64,000 nucleotides of DNA. Source: an uncultured bacterium. Its GTDB lineage: Bacteria > SAR324 > NAC60-12. The DNA lies in NCBI GenBank assembly GCA_965662235.1, contig CBFIGY010000006.1:32001-96000 (forward strand), read 5' to 3'. The notes under the pieces were generated by a model. It had not been told where the DNA came from, ran no database searches, and saw nothing but the letters and a program-made list of their open reading frames with translations. This document shows positions 1-10,852 of this stretch, one piece after another (the first letter of the stretch is position 1; each line of letters opens with the position of its first letter). The position numbers were made by a program, and so were the translations under genes.

Positions 1-1609
<1,609 letters not shown>

Positions 1610-1611
1610 TT

Positions 1612-1866
1612 ATGTTTCGCCTGCTCCTCATCCTGATCTTGGTTGCCGCCGCCTACTGGGCGGGTAGCCAAGGGGTCACCTACGTCGATGTCCTGGAATG
1701 GATGGAAGGCCAGGGCCTCATTGAGTCCGCACAAGGCCTTCTAGGCGACTCGGTGCAGTGGACGGAGCAGCAGGCCTTGGAGAAACTCCCGAACCAACTG
1801 GAAGCCCTTCCCAACAAGGCCGGAGAGCTGGTGCAGGAACTCAAAGACACCGTTCAGACCCAATAA
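1612..1866 (+). CDS. Small hypothetical protein with N-terminal membrane anchor/signal
   Basis: 84 aa, hydrophobic N-terminus, tightly spaced in the operon. Confidence 0.65.
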   Translation: MFRLLLILILVAAAYWAGSQGVTYVDVLEWMEGQGLIESAQGLLGDSVQWTEQQALEKLPNQLEALPNKAGELVQELKDTVQTQ

Positions 1867-1890
1867 TTCGGGCACGCCCCTGCTGGCTTC

Positions 1891-3342
1891 ATGGACACCA
1901 ACGCCTCTCCCAACCTGCACTACTACCAGCAACCCCTCTCGGAGATGCTGCGTGGTGAGGTCCCGACGTGCTCCATCACCACTCCGGTGGCCGACGCCGC
2001 TCGCCTGATGCAGCGTCAGCAGAGCAGCGCCATTTTGGTGGAAGGAGGCGAGGCCGGGTTCCAGGGCATCTTCACTGACAAGGACCTCCGGAACCGCATT
2101 GTCGCCGCCGGACTGCCCCTCGACACGCCTGTGGGCGATGTCATGTCGGCTCCGCTGTTTGCCATTTCAGAGACCAAGACCGTCTTCGACGCCCTCCTGG
2201 TGATGAACCTGCACAACGTCATGCACCTAGGCATCAGCGATGCGCAGGGCAAGGTGTGCGGGCTGGTTCGGCACCACGCGCTCATTGCGCAAGGCTACTC
2301 GCAGTTTTACCTCCTCCGTTCCCTAGAAGCGGCCCGGAGTGTGGAAGAGATGGCCGCGCTGCAGCAGCAGATCCCGGAGGTGGTCAGCACCCTCATTGAG
2401 ACCGGGATGCCGGTCCTCAGCATCACCCGCCTCATCAGCCTGTTTGCCGACACCGTTTTGGAAACCCTCCTTCGGCAGGCGCTTCAGGAGTTTGGCCCGC
2501 CTCCGGTGCCGTTTGTGTTCCTCACCATGGGGAGCGAGGGGCGTCAGGAGCAGACGCTCAAGACCGATCAGGACAACGCCATTGTCTTTGCCGATGTTCC
2601 GGACGACCAGTTGGCTTCCGTCCAGGGCTGGTTTCTGCGTTTCGGCGAGGCCATTTGCTCACGTCTGGATCAGGTGGGATACCGGCTGTGTGAGGGAAAC
2701 GTGATGGCGCAGAACCCGCTTTGGTGCCAGCCGCTTGCCGTCTGGAAAGGCTACTTCCAGAAGTGGGTGGAAACTCCGGAACCACTCGCCATCATGCGCA
2801 GCACCATCTTCTTCGATTTCCGGGCTGCCCACGGCTCTGTCGAGCTGGCCACGGCGCTGCGCCAGCACCTCTGGAGCCTCCTGAACGACCGGAACCGACT
2901 CTTCCTCTACCACTTGGCCCAGAATGCCCAGCAGATGCAGCCTCCGCTCAACTGGTGGGGCGGGCTTGCTTTGGAAAAAGGCGGGGAGCGGGACCACACC
3001 TTTGACCTGAAAAAGGCGATGACGCCCATTGTGGACGGCGCCCGCTTCTTCTCGCTTCAGCAGCACCTGGACCTGACCAATACCAGCGACCGTCTGGACC
3101 GGCTCCGGGAAACCCAAGCGCTGCGTCCTGACGACCATAAGCTGCTGCAAGAGGGCTACGAGTTCCTCATGCGGCTTCGGCTTCGGCACCAGGTCAACCG
3201 TCTCCGAGAAGGGAAGGCTCCAGAAAACCACCTCGACCCTCGTGAGTGCAACCCGGTTGAGCAAAAACTCATTACTGATATTCTGGGAGCCTCCAAGAAG
3301 GCGCTGAACCTCATGCGCCGTCAGTTTCCGGATCTCCACTGA
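1891..3342 (+). CDS. CBS-pair + DUF294 putative nucleotidyltransferase signal-transduction protein
   Basis: CBS motifs (GIFTDKDLRNR, PVGDVMS); MGSEGRQEQTLKTDQDN nucleotidyltransferase motif; FFDFR and FDLKK of the DUF294 C-domain. Confidence 0.9.
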   Translation: MDTNASPNLHYYQQPLSEMLRGEVPTCSITTPVADAARLMQRQQSSAILVEGGEAGFQGIFTDKDLRNRIVAAGLPLDTPVGDVMSAPLFAISETKTVFDALLVMNLHNVMHLGISDAQGKVCGLVRHHALIAQGYSQFYLLRSLEAARSVEEMAALQQQIPEVVSTLIETGMPVLSITRLISLFADTVLETLLRQALQEFGPPPVPFVFLTMGSEGRQEQTLKTDQDNAIVFADVPDDQLASVQGWFLRFGEAICSRLDQVGYRLCEGNVMAQNPLWCQPLAVWKGYFQKWVETPEPLAIMRSTIFFDFRAAHGSVELATALRQHLWSLLNDRNRLFLYHLAQNAQQMQPPLNWWGGLALEKGGERDHTFDLKKAMTPIVDGARFFSLQQHLDLTNTSDRLDRLRETQALRPDDHKLLQEGYEFLMRLRLRHQVNRLREGKAPENHLDPRECNPVEQKLITDILGASKKALNLMRRQFPDLH

Positions 3343-3421
3343 AGCCGACCCGCCTGCGGCTTCATCAATCGGTTCCGCCACCGATCCTTGCATTGCTTCC
3401 TCTTTTTCCCGTGTCTGCAGC

Positions 3422-4258
3422 ATGATGCGTTCTGGTTCTTCCTTTGAATTGCTTCCCCTTCTCGAAGAAGAAGCCCCGTTGGTCAGCGATACCGACCTGG
3501 CCGTCACCCTCCGTCAACTGGGAGTGGATTCCCTCACGCCCCTCAGCTGGGCCAATCAGGAAGCCCCCGAGCAGGTCCGGCAAGCCCACCGCATTCACAA
3601 GCGGGCAGGCGCTCAGGTGTTCCGGACCAACACCGCTGGGGCCTCCTTGGAAGCACTGAAGGCGTTTGGTCTGGAAGACCGTTGTGAGGCCTTGAACAAC
3701 TCCGGTCGGGCACTTCTCAAGGAGGTACTGGGCGAGCAGGGCATTCACGCTGGGGTCCTGCAGGCCCTGCCCACAGCGGTTCCGGCGTTGCTGCGCGAAG
3801 CCGCTTACGGGAACCAGGCCATCTACCTTTCGGACACCTATGCGGATCTGATCTGGCTGAGTGGCTTTGAGCATCTGGAAGACGCCCGGCTGGCGCTGCG
3901 GGTGGTCCGGCGGGTCTCCCAAACCCAGATCGTCCTGGGCCTCAAGGTGCCGCACCCGCATCCGGATCCGAATTGGCTCACTGACGCACTTCCGGACCTG
4001 CTACACGCGGGCGCCAATTTCCTGATGCTGCAGGGGCAAGCCTCCGACCCGAACTTCCCGCAGCTGGTGTCTCAGCTGGTGGAGGTGGTGGGCATTGTTG
4101 GGGTGGAAGTCGATGAGCTTCCGGAGGCGTCTGAGCCTTCTGCGGCCTTTCAGCAGACCCTCATGGCCCTGCTTTCAGTGGGCGTGGCCTGGATCGCTTT
4201 GGGCGCCCACACCACTCCGGAGCACACCCGCCTGGTCCGCACCCTGCGAGATGCCTAA
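3422..4258 (+). CDS. Homocysteine S-methyltransferase-fold protein (degenerate, Zn ligands missing)
   Basis: PEQVRQAH..H..AGAQVFRTNT N-terminal motif and C-terminal TTPEH match the HMT barrel; the GGCCG cysteines are absent. Confidence 0.7.
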   Translation: MMRSGSSFELLPLLEEEAPLVSDTDLAVTLRQLGVDSLTPLSWANQEAPEQVRQAHRIHKRAGAQVFRTNTAGASLEALKAFGLEDRCEALNNSGRALLKEVLGEQGIHAGVLQALPTAVPALLREAAYGNQAIYLSDTYADLIWLSGFEHLEDARLALRVVRRVSQTQIVLGLKVPHPHPDPNWLTDALPDLLHAGANFLMLQGQASDPNFPQLVSQLVEVVGIVGVEVDELPEASEPSAAFQQTLMALLSVGVAWIALGAHTTPEHTRLVRTLRDA

Positions 4259-4356
4259 AAAAGCAGCATGTTTTGCGGAATGCGACTTTCGCTTCTTGGC
4301 AAAATTCAGTACTGTAAGCGCTTTTCGTGTCTTTTCCCTAAATTCAGGCAGTTTTC

Positions 4357-5760
4357 ATGATCCGCACTAAAATCATCTGTACCATCGGTCCCGCCACCGA
4401 ATCTCACGAGATGCTCCAGAACATGTCGGGCGCCGGCATGAACATCGCTCGGCTGAACATGTCTCATGGCGATCATGACTGGCACGGAAAGGTCATTCAA
4501 CGCATCAAGAGCCTCAACAAGAAGATCCAGACCCCCATCGCCGTCCTGCTCGACACACAGGGTCCGGAAATCCGGACAGGGAACCTAGCGGAGGACTTGG
4601 ACCTGCGGGAAGGAACCGTCATCACCATCAACGTCCGGGGCGAAAGCGACGTGGAGCAAACCTCGATCCACGTGGACTACGACGACCTGATCCGGACGGT
4701 CAATCCGGGAGACAAGATCACCGTTGACAACGGCCTCATCAACCTAGAGGTGCTGGAAAAGCAGGACCGCGAGATGAAGTGCCGGGTGCTGGATGGAGGA
4801 GTGCTCAAGAGCAAGCGCCACGTCAACCTGCCTGGAGTGCGGGTTAACCTGCCAGCGATCACGGCCAAGGACCGGCGTGACATCCTCTTTGGCCTAGAGC
4901 ACGATGTGGACTTCATCGCCCTCTCGTTTGTCCGGGAGGCCAACGACGTCCGGCAGCTGAAGGAGCTGATGGGGGACAAGGTCGGGAAGGTCAAGATCAT
5001 TGCCAAGATTGAGGATCAGGAAGGGGTCTCCAACTTGGATGAGATCATTGAAGAAGTGGACGGCATCATGGTCGCCCGCGGAGACCTGGGAGTTGAGATT
5101 CCCAACCACACGGTGCCGACGGTGCAGCGGGAGATTGTCCGCAAGTGTGCCGAAGCCGGGAAGCGTGTGATTGTGGCGACACACCTGCTGGAGTCGATGA
5201 TCGACAACCCCATTCCCACCCGGGCAGAAGTGACTGACGTCGCAAATGCGGTTTATGAAGAGGTGGACGCAGTCATGCTTTCTGGTGAAACCACCGTGGG
5301 CAAGTACCCGCTGCGCTGCATTGATCAGCTGGTCAACATTGCTCAGACGGTGGAGCTCAAGCCCGGCCTCCGTTTTGTGGAACAGCTGCGGTCCACCACA
5401 GACAAGCAGCAGCTCTCCACTTCTGCAGTCCAGCTTGCCGAGTCCTTGGGCGTCCGGGGCATTGTGGTCATCACCCGTCGTGGTGTGATGGCCGACTACG
5501 TGAGCAACTGTCGGCCCACCAAGAGCTTCATCTATGCCTTCTCCAACGTCAGCCAGGCCCGTCGGACCCTGATGCTCAACCGCTCAGTCCGGTCATTCCG
5601 GATCAACTTCAGTGATGACCCGGAAAAGACGCTGCAGACGGCTTTCACCGTTCTCAAGGAGCGCCAGGGCTTCCAGTCTGGTGAAAAGGTGGTGGTGATT
5701 TCAGACGTTCTTGCCGGCTCCGGACGCATTGACGCGCTGCAGATCCGGCACCTGCCCTGA
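4357..5760 (+). CDS. pyk: Pyruvate kinase
   Basis: RTKIICTIGP, RLNMSHG, MVARGDLGVE, PTRAEVTD and MLSGET motifs. Confidence 0.98.
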   Translation: MIRTKIICTIGPATESHEMLQNMSGAGMNIARLNMSHGDHDWHGKVIQRIKSLNKKIQTPIAVLLDTQGPEIRTGNLAEDLDLREGTVITINVRGESDVEQTSIHVDYDDLIRTVNPGDKITVDNGLINLEVLEKQDREMKCRVLDGGVLKSKRHVNLPGVRVNLPAITAKDRRDILFGLEHDVDFIALSFVREANDVRQLKELMGDKVGKVKIIAKIEDQEGVSNLDEIIEEVDGIMVARGDLGVEIPNHTVPTVQREIVRKCAEAGKRVIVATHLLESMIDNPIPTRAEVTDVANAVYEEVDAVMLSGETTVGKYPLRCIDQLVNIAQTVELKPGLRFVEQLRSTTDKQQLSTSAVQLAESLGVRGIVVITRRGVMADYVSNCRPTKSFIYAFSNVSQARRTLMLNRSVRSFRINFSDDPEKTLQTAFTVLKERQGFQSGEKVVVISDVLAGSGRIDALQIRHLP

Positions 5761-5780
5761 CGAGGAGGCTCCGGGGGCAC

Positions 5781-5809
5781 TTGACGGTCCTCAGCGTCAA
5801 TGAGATCAT
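5781..5809 (+). promoter_or_regulatory. Candidate sigma70 promoter for rlmN with overlapping inverted repeat
   Basis: TTGACG-17 nt-GATCAT; the -35 is one arm of TTGACG-N8-CGTCAA (5781-5800). Confidence 0.4.
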
Positions 5810-5933
5810 AACGGGTTCCGGGGCCCTTCGTGTTCCGGAGCCGTTGCGGTTTTCTGCAGCCTCAAATTCCTGATCCACCGGAACGTCGCTTCCGTGCTGG
5901 TAGACCGCTTGAACCCGTTCCTCAGGTACTCCC

Positions 5934-7043
5934 TTGGAAGTTGACCCAACCCGCTCCACTCCTGCTGAATCCCGCTCGACGTCTCCTCAGGCGCCTCTGT
6001 TTCTCCAAGAGCTTACTCGACTGGAACTGCGTCAGTGGATGGAAGCCCACGGGTTTCCGGCCTACCGTGCGGACCAAGTGTTCACCTGGCTGTACCAGAA
6101 ACGGGTCTCAACGTTTGCGGGCATGAGCAACCTGGGGAAGGCGGTGCAGCAGGCGCTTGCGGCCGAGTTTCAGATTGGCACCCTGGAAACCGGGGACGCG
6201 CACCGCTCTCAGGATGGCTCAATCAAGTACCGCTTTGTCCTCCAAGACGGCCGGAGCATTGAGACGGTGCTCATGCCCCACACGGACCACTTCACCGTCT
6301 GCATTTCCTCACAGGTGGGCTGTGCCATGGGTTGCGACTTCTGCATGACCGGCACCATGGGCCTGATCCGGCACCTCAGCGTTGCTGAGATTGTGATGCA
6401 GATTCAGGCTGCCTGGGAAGGACTTCCGGAGGGGGAGACCATCCGTAACATCGTCTTCATGGGCATGGGGGAACCCTTTCACAACTACGACAACGTGATG
6501 CGAGCCCTTGAGGTCTTTACGGACGAGCACGGCTTCAACCTGTCGCAGCGACGCATCACGGTCTCGACCTCCGGACTGCTTCCGGCCATTCGTAAGTTCG
6601 GCAAGGAGCGGATCAAGGCCAACCTGGCGGTTTCGCTCAATGGAGTGACGGACGCCGTCCGTTCGCAGCTGATGCCGGTCAACCGGGCGTACAACTTGGA
6701 AAAGCTGGTTGCCGCCTGCAAGGAGTACCCGCTGGAGTCCCGGAAGCGCATCACCTTCGAGTACATCCTCATGAAGGGCGTCACGGACTCGCTCGACGAT
6801 GCGAAGGCGCTCATCAAGCTGCTGCACGGCCTGAAGTTTAAGGTCAACCTGATCCCCTTCAACGAGTCCCCCTCCAGCAAGTACAAGAAACCCGACTGGG
6901 AGCAGGTCCGGGCCTTCCAGCAGTACCTGCTGGATCGGGGAGTGGTGGCCACGGTGCGCATTTCCAAGGGGCAGGACATTCAGGGAGCCTGCGGGCAACT
7001 GGTCGTCCAGAAAACCACTCCTGCCCCGCTGGTACCGGCTTGA
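5934..7043 (+). CDS. rlmN: 23S rRNA m2A2503/tRNA radical SAM methyltransferase RlmN
   Basis: CAMGCDFC radical-SAM motif, MGMGEP and C-terminal GACGQL; exact start uncertain. Confidence 0.96.
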   Translation: MEVDPTRSTPAESRSTSPQAPLFLQELTRLELRQWMEAHGFPAYRADQVFTWLYQKRVSTFAGMSNLGKAVQQALAAEFQIGTLETGDAHRSQDGSIKYRFVLQDGRSIETVLMPHTDHFTVCISSQVGCAMGCDFCMTGTMGLIRHLSVAEIVMQIQAAWEGLPEGETIRNIVFMGMGEPFHNYDNVMRALEVFTDEHGFNLSQRRITVSTSGLLPAIRKFGKERIKANLAVSLNGVTDAVRSQLMPVNRAYNLEKLVAACKEYPLESRKRITFEYILMKGVTDSLDDAKALIKLLHGLKFKVNLIPFNESPSSKYKKPDWEQVRAFQQYLLDRGVVATVRISKGQDIQGACGQLVVQKTTPAPLVPA

Positions 7044-7098
7044 TTTGGGCTGGACTGTTCCGGGGGTCCCGCAGTATTCTTCAGTTTTTTCTCTGCAG

Positions 7099-8169
7099 AT
7101 GACCTCAACAGACATGCCCGATACCCTGCTTCCGTTTGAAGATTACCTCCGCCTTCCCCTCAAGGATCGCCTCCCCAACTACTCCAAAGAGGGCCAGCTC
7201 TTTCATGTGATGGTGGCCCAGCAGTTCACTGAAGCGCTGCTGGATGACCTCTTCCGGGACGCGGACCTGGTCAAGGGCCTGATGCGCAAGCCCAACGGCA
7301 TTGACTACCTCAAGTCCCAGCTCCGGCACCGGCGGACGATGCTCTACTTCACGCAGCCGTCCACCCGAACCTTCCTCTCCTTCCTCACGGCCAGCCAGTT
7401 GGTGGGCATGGACACCGGGGAGGTTCGAGACGCTGCCCTTTCCTCCGAGTACAAGGGCGAGAGTCAGGAAGACGGGGTTCGGGTCTTCAGCAGCTACTTT
7501 GACGCCATTGTCATGCGCGACCCGAAGCCGGGATTCTGTGAGTACATGGCCTACCTGTTGGAACGAACCGGACGCAGCGTGCCCATCCTCAACGGCGGAA
7601 GCGGGAAGGACCAGCACCCGACTCAGGCGCTGCTGGACCTCTACACGATGCACCGCTCCTTCAAGGACCGAGGGGGCGTCCGGGGCAAACGGTACGCCTT
7701 TGTGGGAGACCTCCTCCGGGGACGTGCCGTCCGGTCTGCGGTGTACCTGCTCAGCCAGTTTTCTGACATTGAGCTCTTCTTTGTGGCGCCCGACGCCTTC
7801 CAGATTGCTCCGGACCTCGAGGCACACCTCAGCGACCTCAACATTCCGATCCACAAGTCCGACAAGATTGCCGACTTCCTTCCGGAAGTGGACTGCGTTT
7901 ACATGACGCGTGTTCAGGACGAGTATGACCTTTCTGGTGAATCGAGCCTCATTGACTCTTCCAGCTACAGCCTGAACCTGAAGAACGTCCAGACAATGCG
8001 TCCGGATGCGATCATCCTCCACCCACTCCCCCGTCGAGATGAGATTCATCCGGAGGTGGATTCCGACCCACGGGCCATGTACTGGCGTCAGCTGCGCAAC
8101 GGCGTTTACATCCGGGCAGCGTTGATGCTGCATGTGTTTGGGCGCTCTCACAAGCTGGCCGAGTACTAG
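7099..8169 (+). CDS. pyrB: Aspartate carbamoyltransferase catalytic subunit
   Basis: PSTRTFLSF, KGES, HPTQALLD, YMTRVQDE and HPLPR motifs; start at ATG 7099 or 7114. Confidence 0.92.
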   Translation: MTSTDMPDTLLPFEDYLRLPLKDRLPNYSKEGQLFHVMVAQQFTEALLDDLFRDADLVKGLMRKPNGIDYLKSQLRHRRTMLYFTQPSTRTFLSFLTASQLVGMDTGEVRDAALSSEYKGESQEDGVRVFSSYFDAIVMRDPKPGFCEYMAYLLERTGRSVPILNGGSGKDQHPTQALLDLYTMHRSFKDRGGVRGKRYAFVGDLLRGRAVRSAVYLLSQFSDIELFFVAPDAFQIAPDLEAHLSDLNIPIHKSDKIADFLPEVDCVYMTRVQDEYDLSGESSLIDSSSYSLNLKNVQTMRPDAIILHPLPRRDEIHPEVDSDPRAMYWRQLRNGVYIRAALMLHVFGRSHKLAEY

Positions 8170-8172
8170 GGC

Positions 8173-9669
8173 ATGAAACCCACCATCTCCACGCCGACCG
8201 CGCTGCTGCTGGTCTATGGACGACCGCCCCTAGTGTTTGCGGGACTCCTCTTTGCCATGGCAGTGATGCTCAATCCCAGTCCGGGAACGTACACCATCGG
8301 GGTGATGTGCCTGTTTGTGTCGATGTGCTTTGACCTCGTGGATGGCTGGTTTTCAGCCCGCTTCCGCCCTCAGGCCAAGTTGGCTCATCTGGCAGACCGC
8401 ATCATGGACAAGGCCGTTTATGCCATTGTCTTTCCTCTGGTGGCGGTGGGGATGATGTGGCGGTACCAGCACCTGCCTCCGGGTTCAAATGAGCGCTTGG
8501 AGCTGCTACACGTCCTCATGGTCCTGCTGCTCAGCATCACGGTGCTGATGCGGGACAACTTTGCGCACTTCCTCCGGAACTTTTCCCTGCGGCAAGGGGC
8601 GGAGGAAGAGATGACCGAAATCAACCGGCTCCGGACCATGGTGGCAGCTCCGGTGGGGGCCATCTTGTACGCCTATGCCTTTTATCTGCCAAGCTACCCG
8701 CACGACTCCACCTACCGCTGGCTCTCAGCGCTGGGGCAGATGCCGACCAATCAGCTCATCTACTTGGAAGTCCTCTTCCTGATCATCAACTTTGGCTCCA
8801 TTGCCGGGTACATGCGTAAGTACGGATCCTCGTGTCTGGATGAGCTGTGCCTAGGAGATCTGGTGCTGCGGCGTCGGATCCTTTCGATTTTCCCAAATGC
8901 CCTGACGATGATGAACGCCCTGATGGGACTGATGGCAGTGTTCTTTGCCAGCCAGGCCCGCATGCATGCGGCGTTTCTCCTCATCATCGGGGCTGCGTTC
9001 TTTGACAAACTCGACGGCGCCCTTGCCCGGAAGCTGGGGCTGACGACCCCTCTGCCTTCGGCGCCCCCCAAGAAGCACCACATCACCCTAGGAGGCATCC
9101 TAGACGACATCTCTGACGGAGTGAGCTTCTGCATCGCACCGGCGCTGATGTTCTACCTGCTCATGGAGCAGATTCCTCATCCGGTGGTTCAGGCGATGCC
9201 ATACGGCTGGGTCGCCTTCAGCTACGCGGTGCTGGGAATTGCACGGCTGGTGTACTTCACCCTCGACCGCAACAGCATCCCGGGATTCTTCAAGGGCTTC
9301 CCGTCACCGGCGGCGGCCCTGTTGGTGACCGCTCCGTTCATCATGCTGGAACAGTCGCTGGACGCCCATGCCGACACCCTGGTCCTCTGGGCGCAGTTCT
9401 GTCTGTGGAACCTCGGCCTGACAGGAGTGCTCATGAACCTCTACCCAATCCGCTACCTGCACATTGGGCGCTTGATGAGCCGCAACAAGTGGGTTGGACG
9501 TGTGACCCTGGTGGTGGTGCTGGCCTTTGTGTTTACCCCATACTTCGGTTATGCCGGTTACTTCTACCTGTTTCTCTACGCCCTGTCTCCGGCGTTGACG
9601 TGGAAGATCAGTCCAGAGATTGCCGCTCAGGAGGGGCCACTCCCGTCGTCGGCGAAGGCAAAGTCATGA
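8173..9669 (+). CDS. Tandem two-domain CDP-alcohol phosphatidyltransferase (C-terminal domain PssA-like)
   Basis: Two signatures, [11 protein letters not shown]...ADRIMD and [10 protein letters not shown]...GGILDDISD; PssA-like PNALT and FKGFPSPAA. Confidence 0.85.
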   Translation: MKPTISTPTALLLVYGRPPLVFAGLLFAMAVMLNPSPGTYTIGVMCLFVSMCFDLVDGWFSARFRPQAKLAHLADRIMDKAVYAIVFPLVAVGMMWRYQHLPPGSNERLELLHVLMVLLLSITVLMRDNFAHFLRNFSLRQGAEEEMTEINRLRTMVAAPVGAILYAYAFYLPSYPHDSTYRWLSALGQMPTNQLIYLEVLFLIINFGSIAGYMRKYGSSCLDELCLGDLVLRRRILSIFPNALTMMNALMGLMAVFFASQARMHAAFLLIIGAAFFDKLDGALARKLGLTTPLPSAPPKKHHITLGGILDDISDGVSFCIAPALMFYLLMEQIPHPVVQAMPYGWVAFSYAVLGIARLVYFTLDRNSIPGFFKGFPSPAAALLVTAPFIMLEQSLDAHADTLVLWAQFCLWNLGLTGVLMNLYPIRYLHIGRLMSRNKWVGRVTLVVVLAFVFTPYFGYAGYFYLFLYALSPALTWKISPEIAAQEGPLPSSAKAKS

Positions 9670-10700
9670 ACGACTGGACGGACGAGGAACGCCTGGTCAC
9701 CCCTGAGGAACAGCCTGAGGAGCAGTATGACCTCTCGCTCCGACCGGAGCGCCTCCGGGACTACATTGGGCAGAGCGAGATCAAGGACAACCTCCAGGTC
9801 TTCATTGAAGCCGCCAAGAAGCGCAAGCAGCCCCTGGATCATGTCCTGCTCAGTGGCCCTCCGGGACTGGGGAAGACGACACTGGCGAACATCTTTGCTC
9901 GGGAAATGGGGGTGCAGCTGCGTAGCACCTCGGGACCGGTGATTGAGCGTCAAGGCGACCTTGCGGCCATTCTGACCAATCTGGACCCGGGGACCATTCT
10001 CTTCATTGATGAGATCCACCGCATGAACCGGGTGGTGGAAGAGGTGCTCTATAGCGCCATGGAAGACTTCACCCTCGACATCATCATTGGGCAAGGCCCT
10101 GCGGCCCGTACCGTAAAACTCGACCTGCCCCGCTTCACCCTTGTGGGGGCAACTACCCGAGCCGGGTTGCTCTCCGCGCCCCTCCGGGACCGCTTTGGCA
10201 TTCAGTGCCGCCTCAACTACTACACACCGGAAGAGCTTCAGATCATCATCATCCGTTCCGCGGCGATTTTGGAAATGGAGATTGTTGAGGAAGCCGCCAT
10301 GGAACTGGCCAAGCGTTCCCGCGGCACCCCCCGGATTGCCAACCGCATGCTCCGACGCTGCCGGGACTTTGCCGACCTTGAAACCTCGGGCGTCATCACC
10401 CACGCCTTGGTGCAACGCAGCCTCAAGCGTCTGGGGGTGGACCTAGAAGGGCTCGACCAGATGGACCGGCACATCCTGACCACCATTGTGGAAAAATTCA
10501 GCGGAGGGCCTGTTGGCCTCAGCACCCTTGCGGCTGCCGTCTCTGAAGAAAAAGACACCCTCGAAGACGTTTATGAGCCCTACCTGATGCTTCAGGGCTT
10601 CCTGCAGCGGACCCCCCGGGGACGGATGGTCACCGTCCGGGCCTATGAGCATCTGGGCCTCACGGCTCAGCCAGGGACGCCGCAAATGCCGCTCTTCTGA
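9666..10700 (+). CDS. ruvB: Holliday junction branch migration helicase RuvB
   Basis: [28 protein letters not shown] and QRTPRGR; start placed at ATG 9666 overlapping the upstream stop. Confidence 0.98.
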   Translation: MNDWTDEERLVTPEEQPEEQYDLSLRPERLRDYIGQSEIKDNLQVFIEAAKKRKQPLDHVLLSGPPGLGKTTLANIFAREMGVQLRSTSGPVIERQGDLAAILTNLDPGTILFIDEIHRMNRVVEEVLYSAMEDFTLDIIIGQGPAARTVKLDLPRFTLVGATTRAGLLSAPLRDRFGIQCRLNYYTPEELQIIIIRSAAILEMEIVEEAAMELAKRSRGTPRIANRMLRRCRDFADLETSGVITHALVQRSLKRLGVDLEGLDQMDRHILTTIVEKFSGGPVGLSTLAAAVSEEKDTLEDVYEPYLMLQGFLQRTPRGRMVTVRAYEHLGLTAQPGTPQMPLF

Positions 10701-10852
10701 ACCACGACTGCCCGAACCCTCCCCCTACTTTTCTCCACGGAAGGCTTGCCGCGTGACCCATTCATGGTATTTGTGACGGCACGTCCCCGTTCCGAAGTCC
10801 GGACTCTGCTTCCACAGCAGCTCCCGATTCAGCCCTTTACCTGAGTGATTCC

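Noticed and set aside
7105..8151. Long antisense ORFs (e.g. 348 aa opposite pyrB; others opposite ruvB, copA and trmFO)
   Set aside because: These are shadow frames expected from GC-rich codon bias opposite well-supported genes, and they carry no recognisable motifs.
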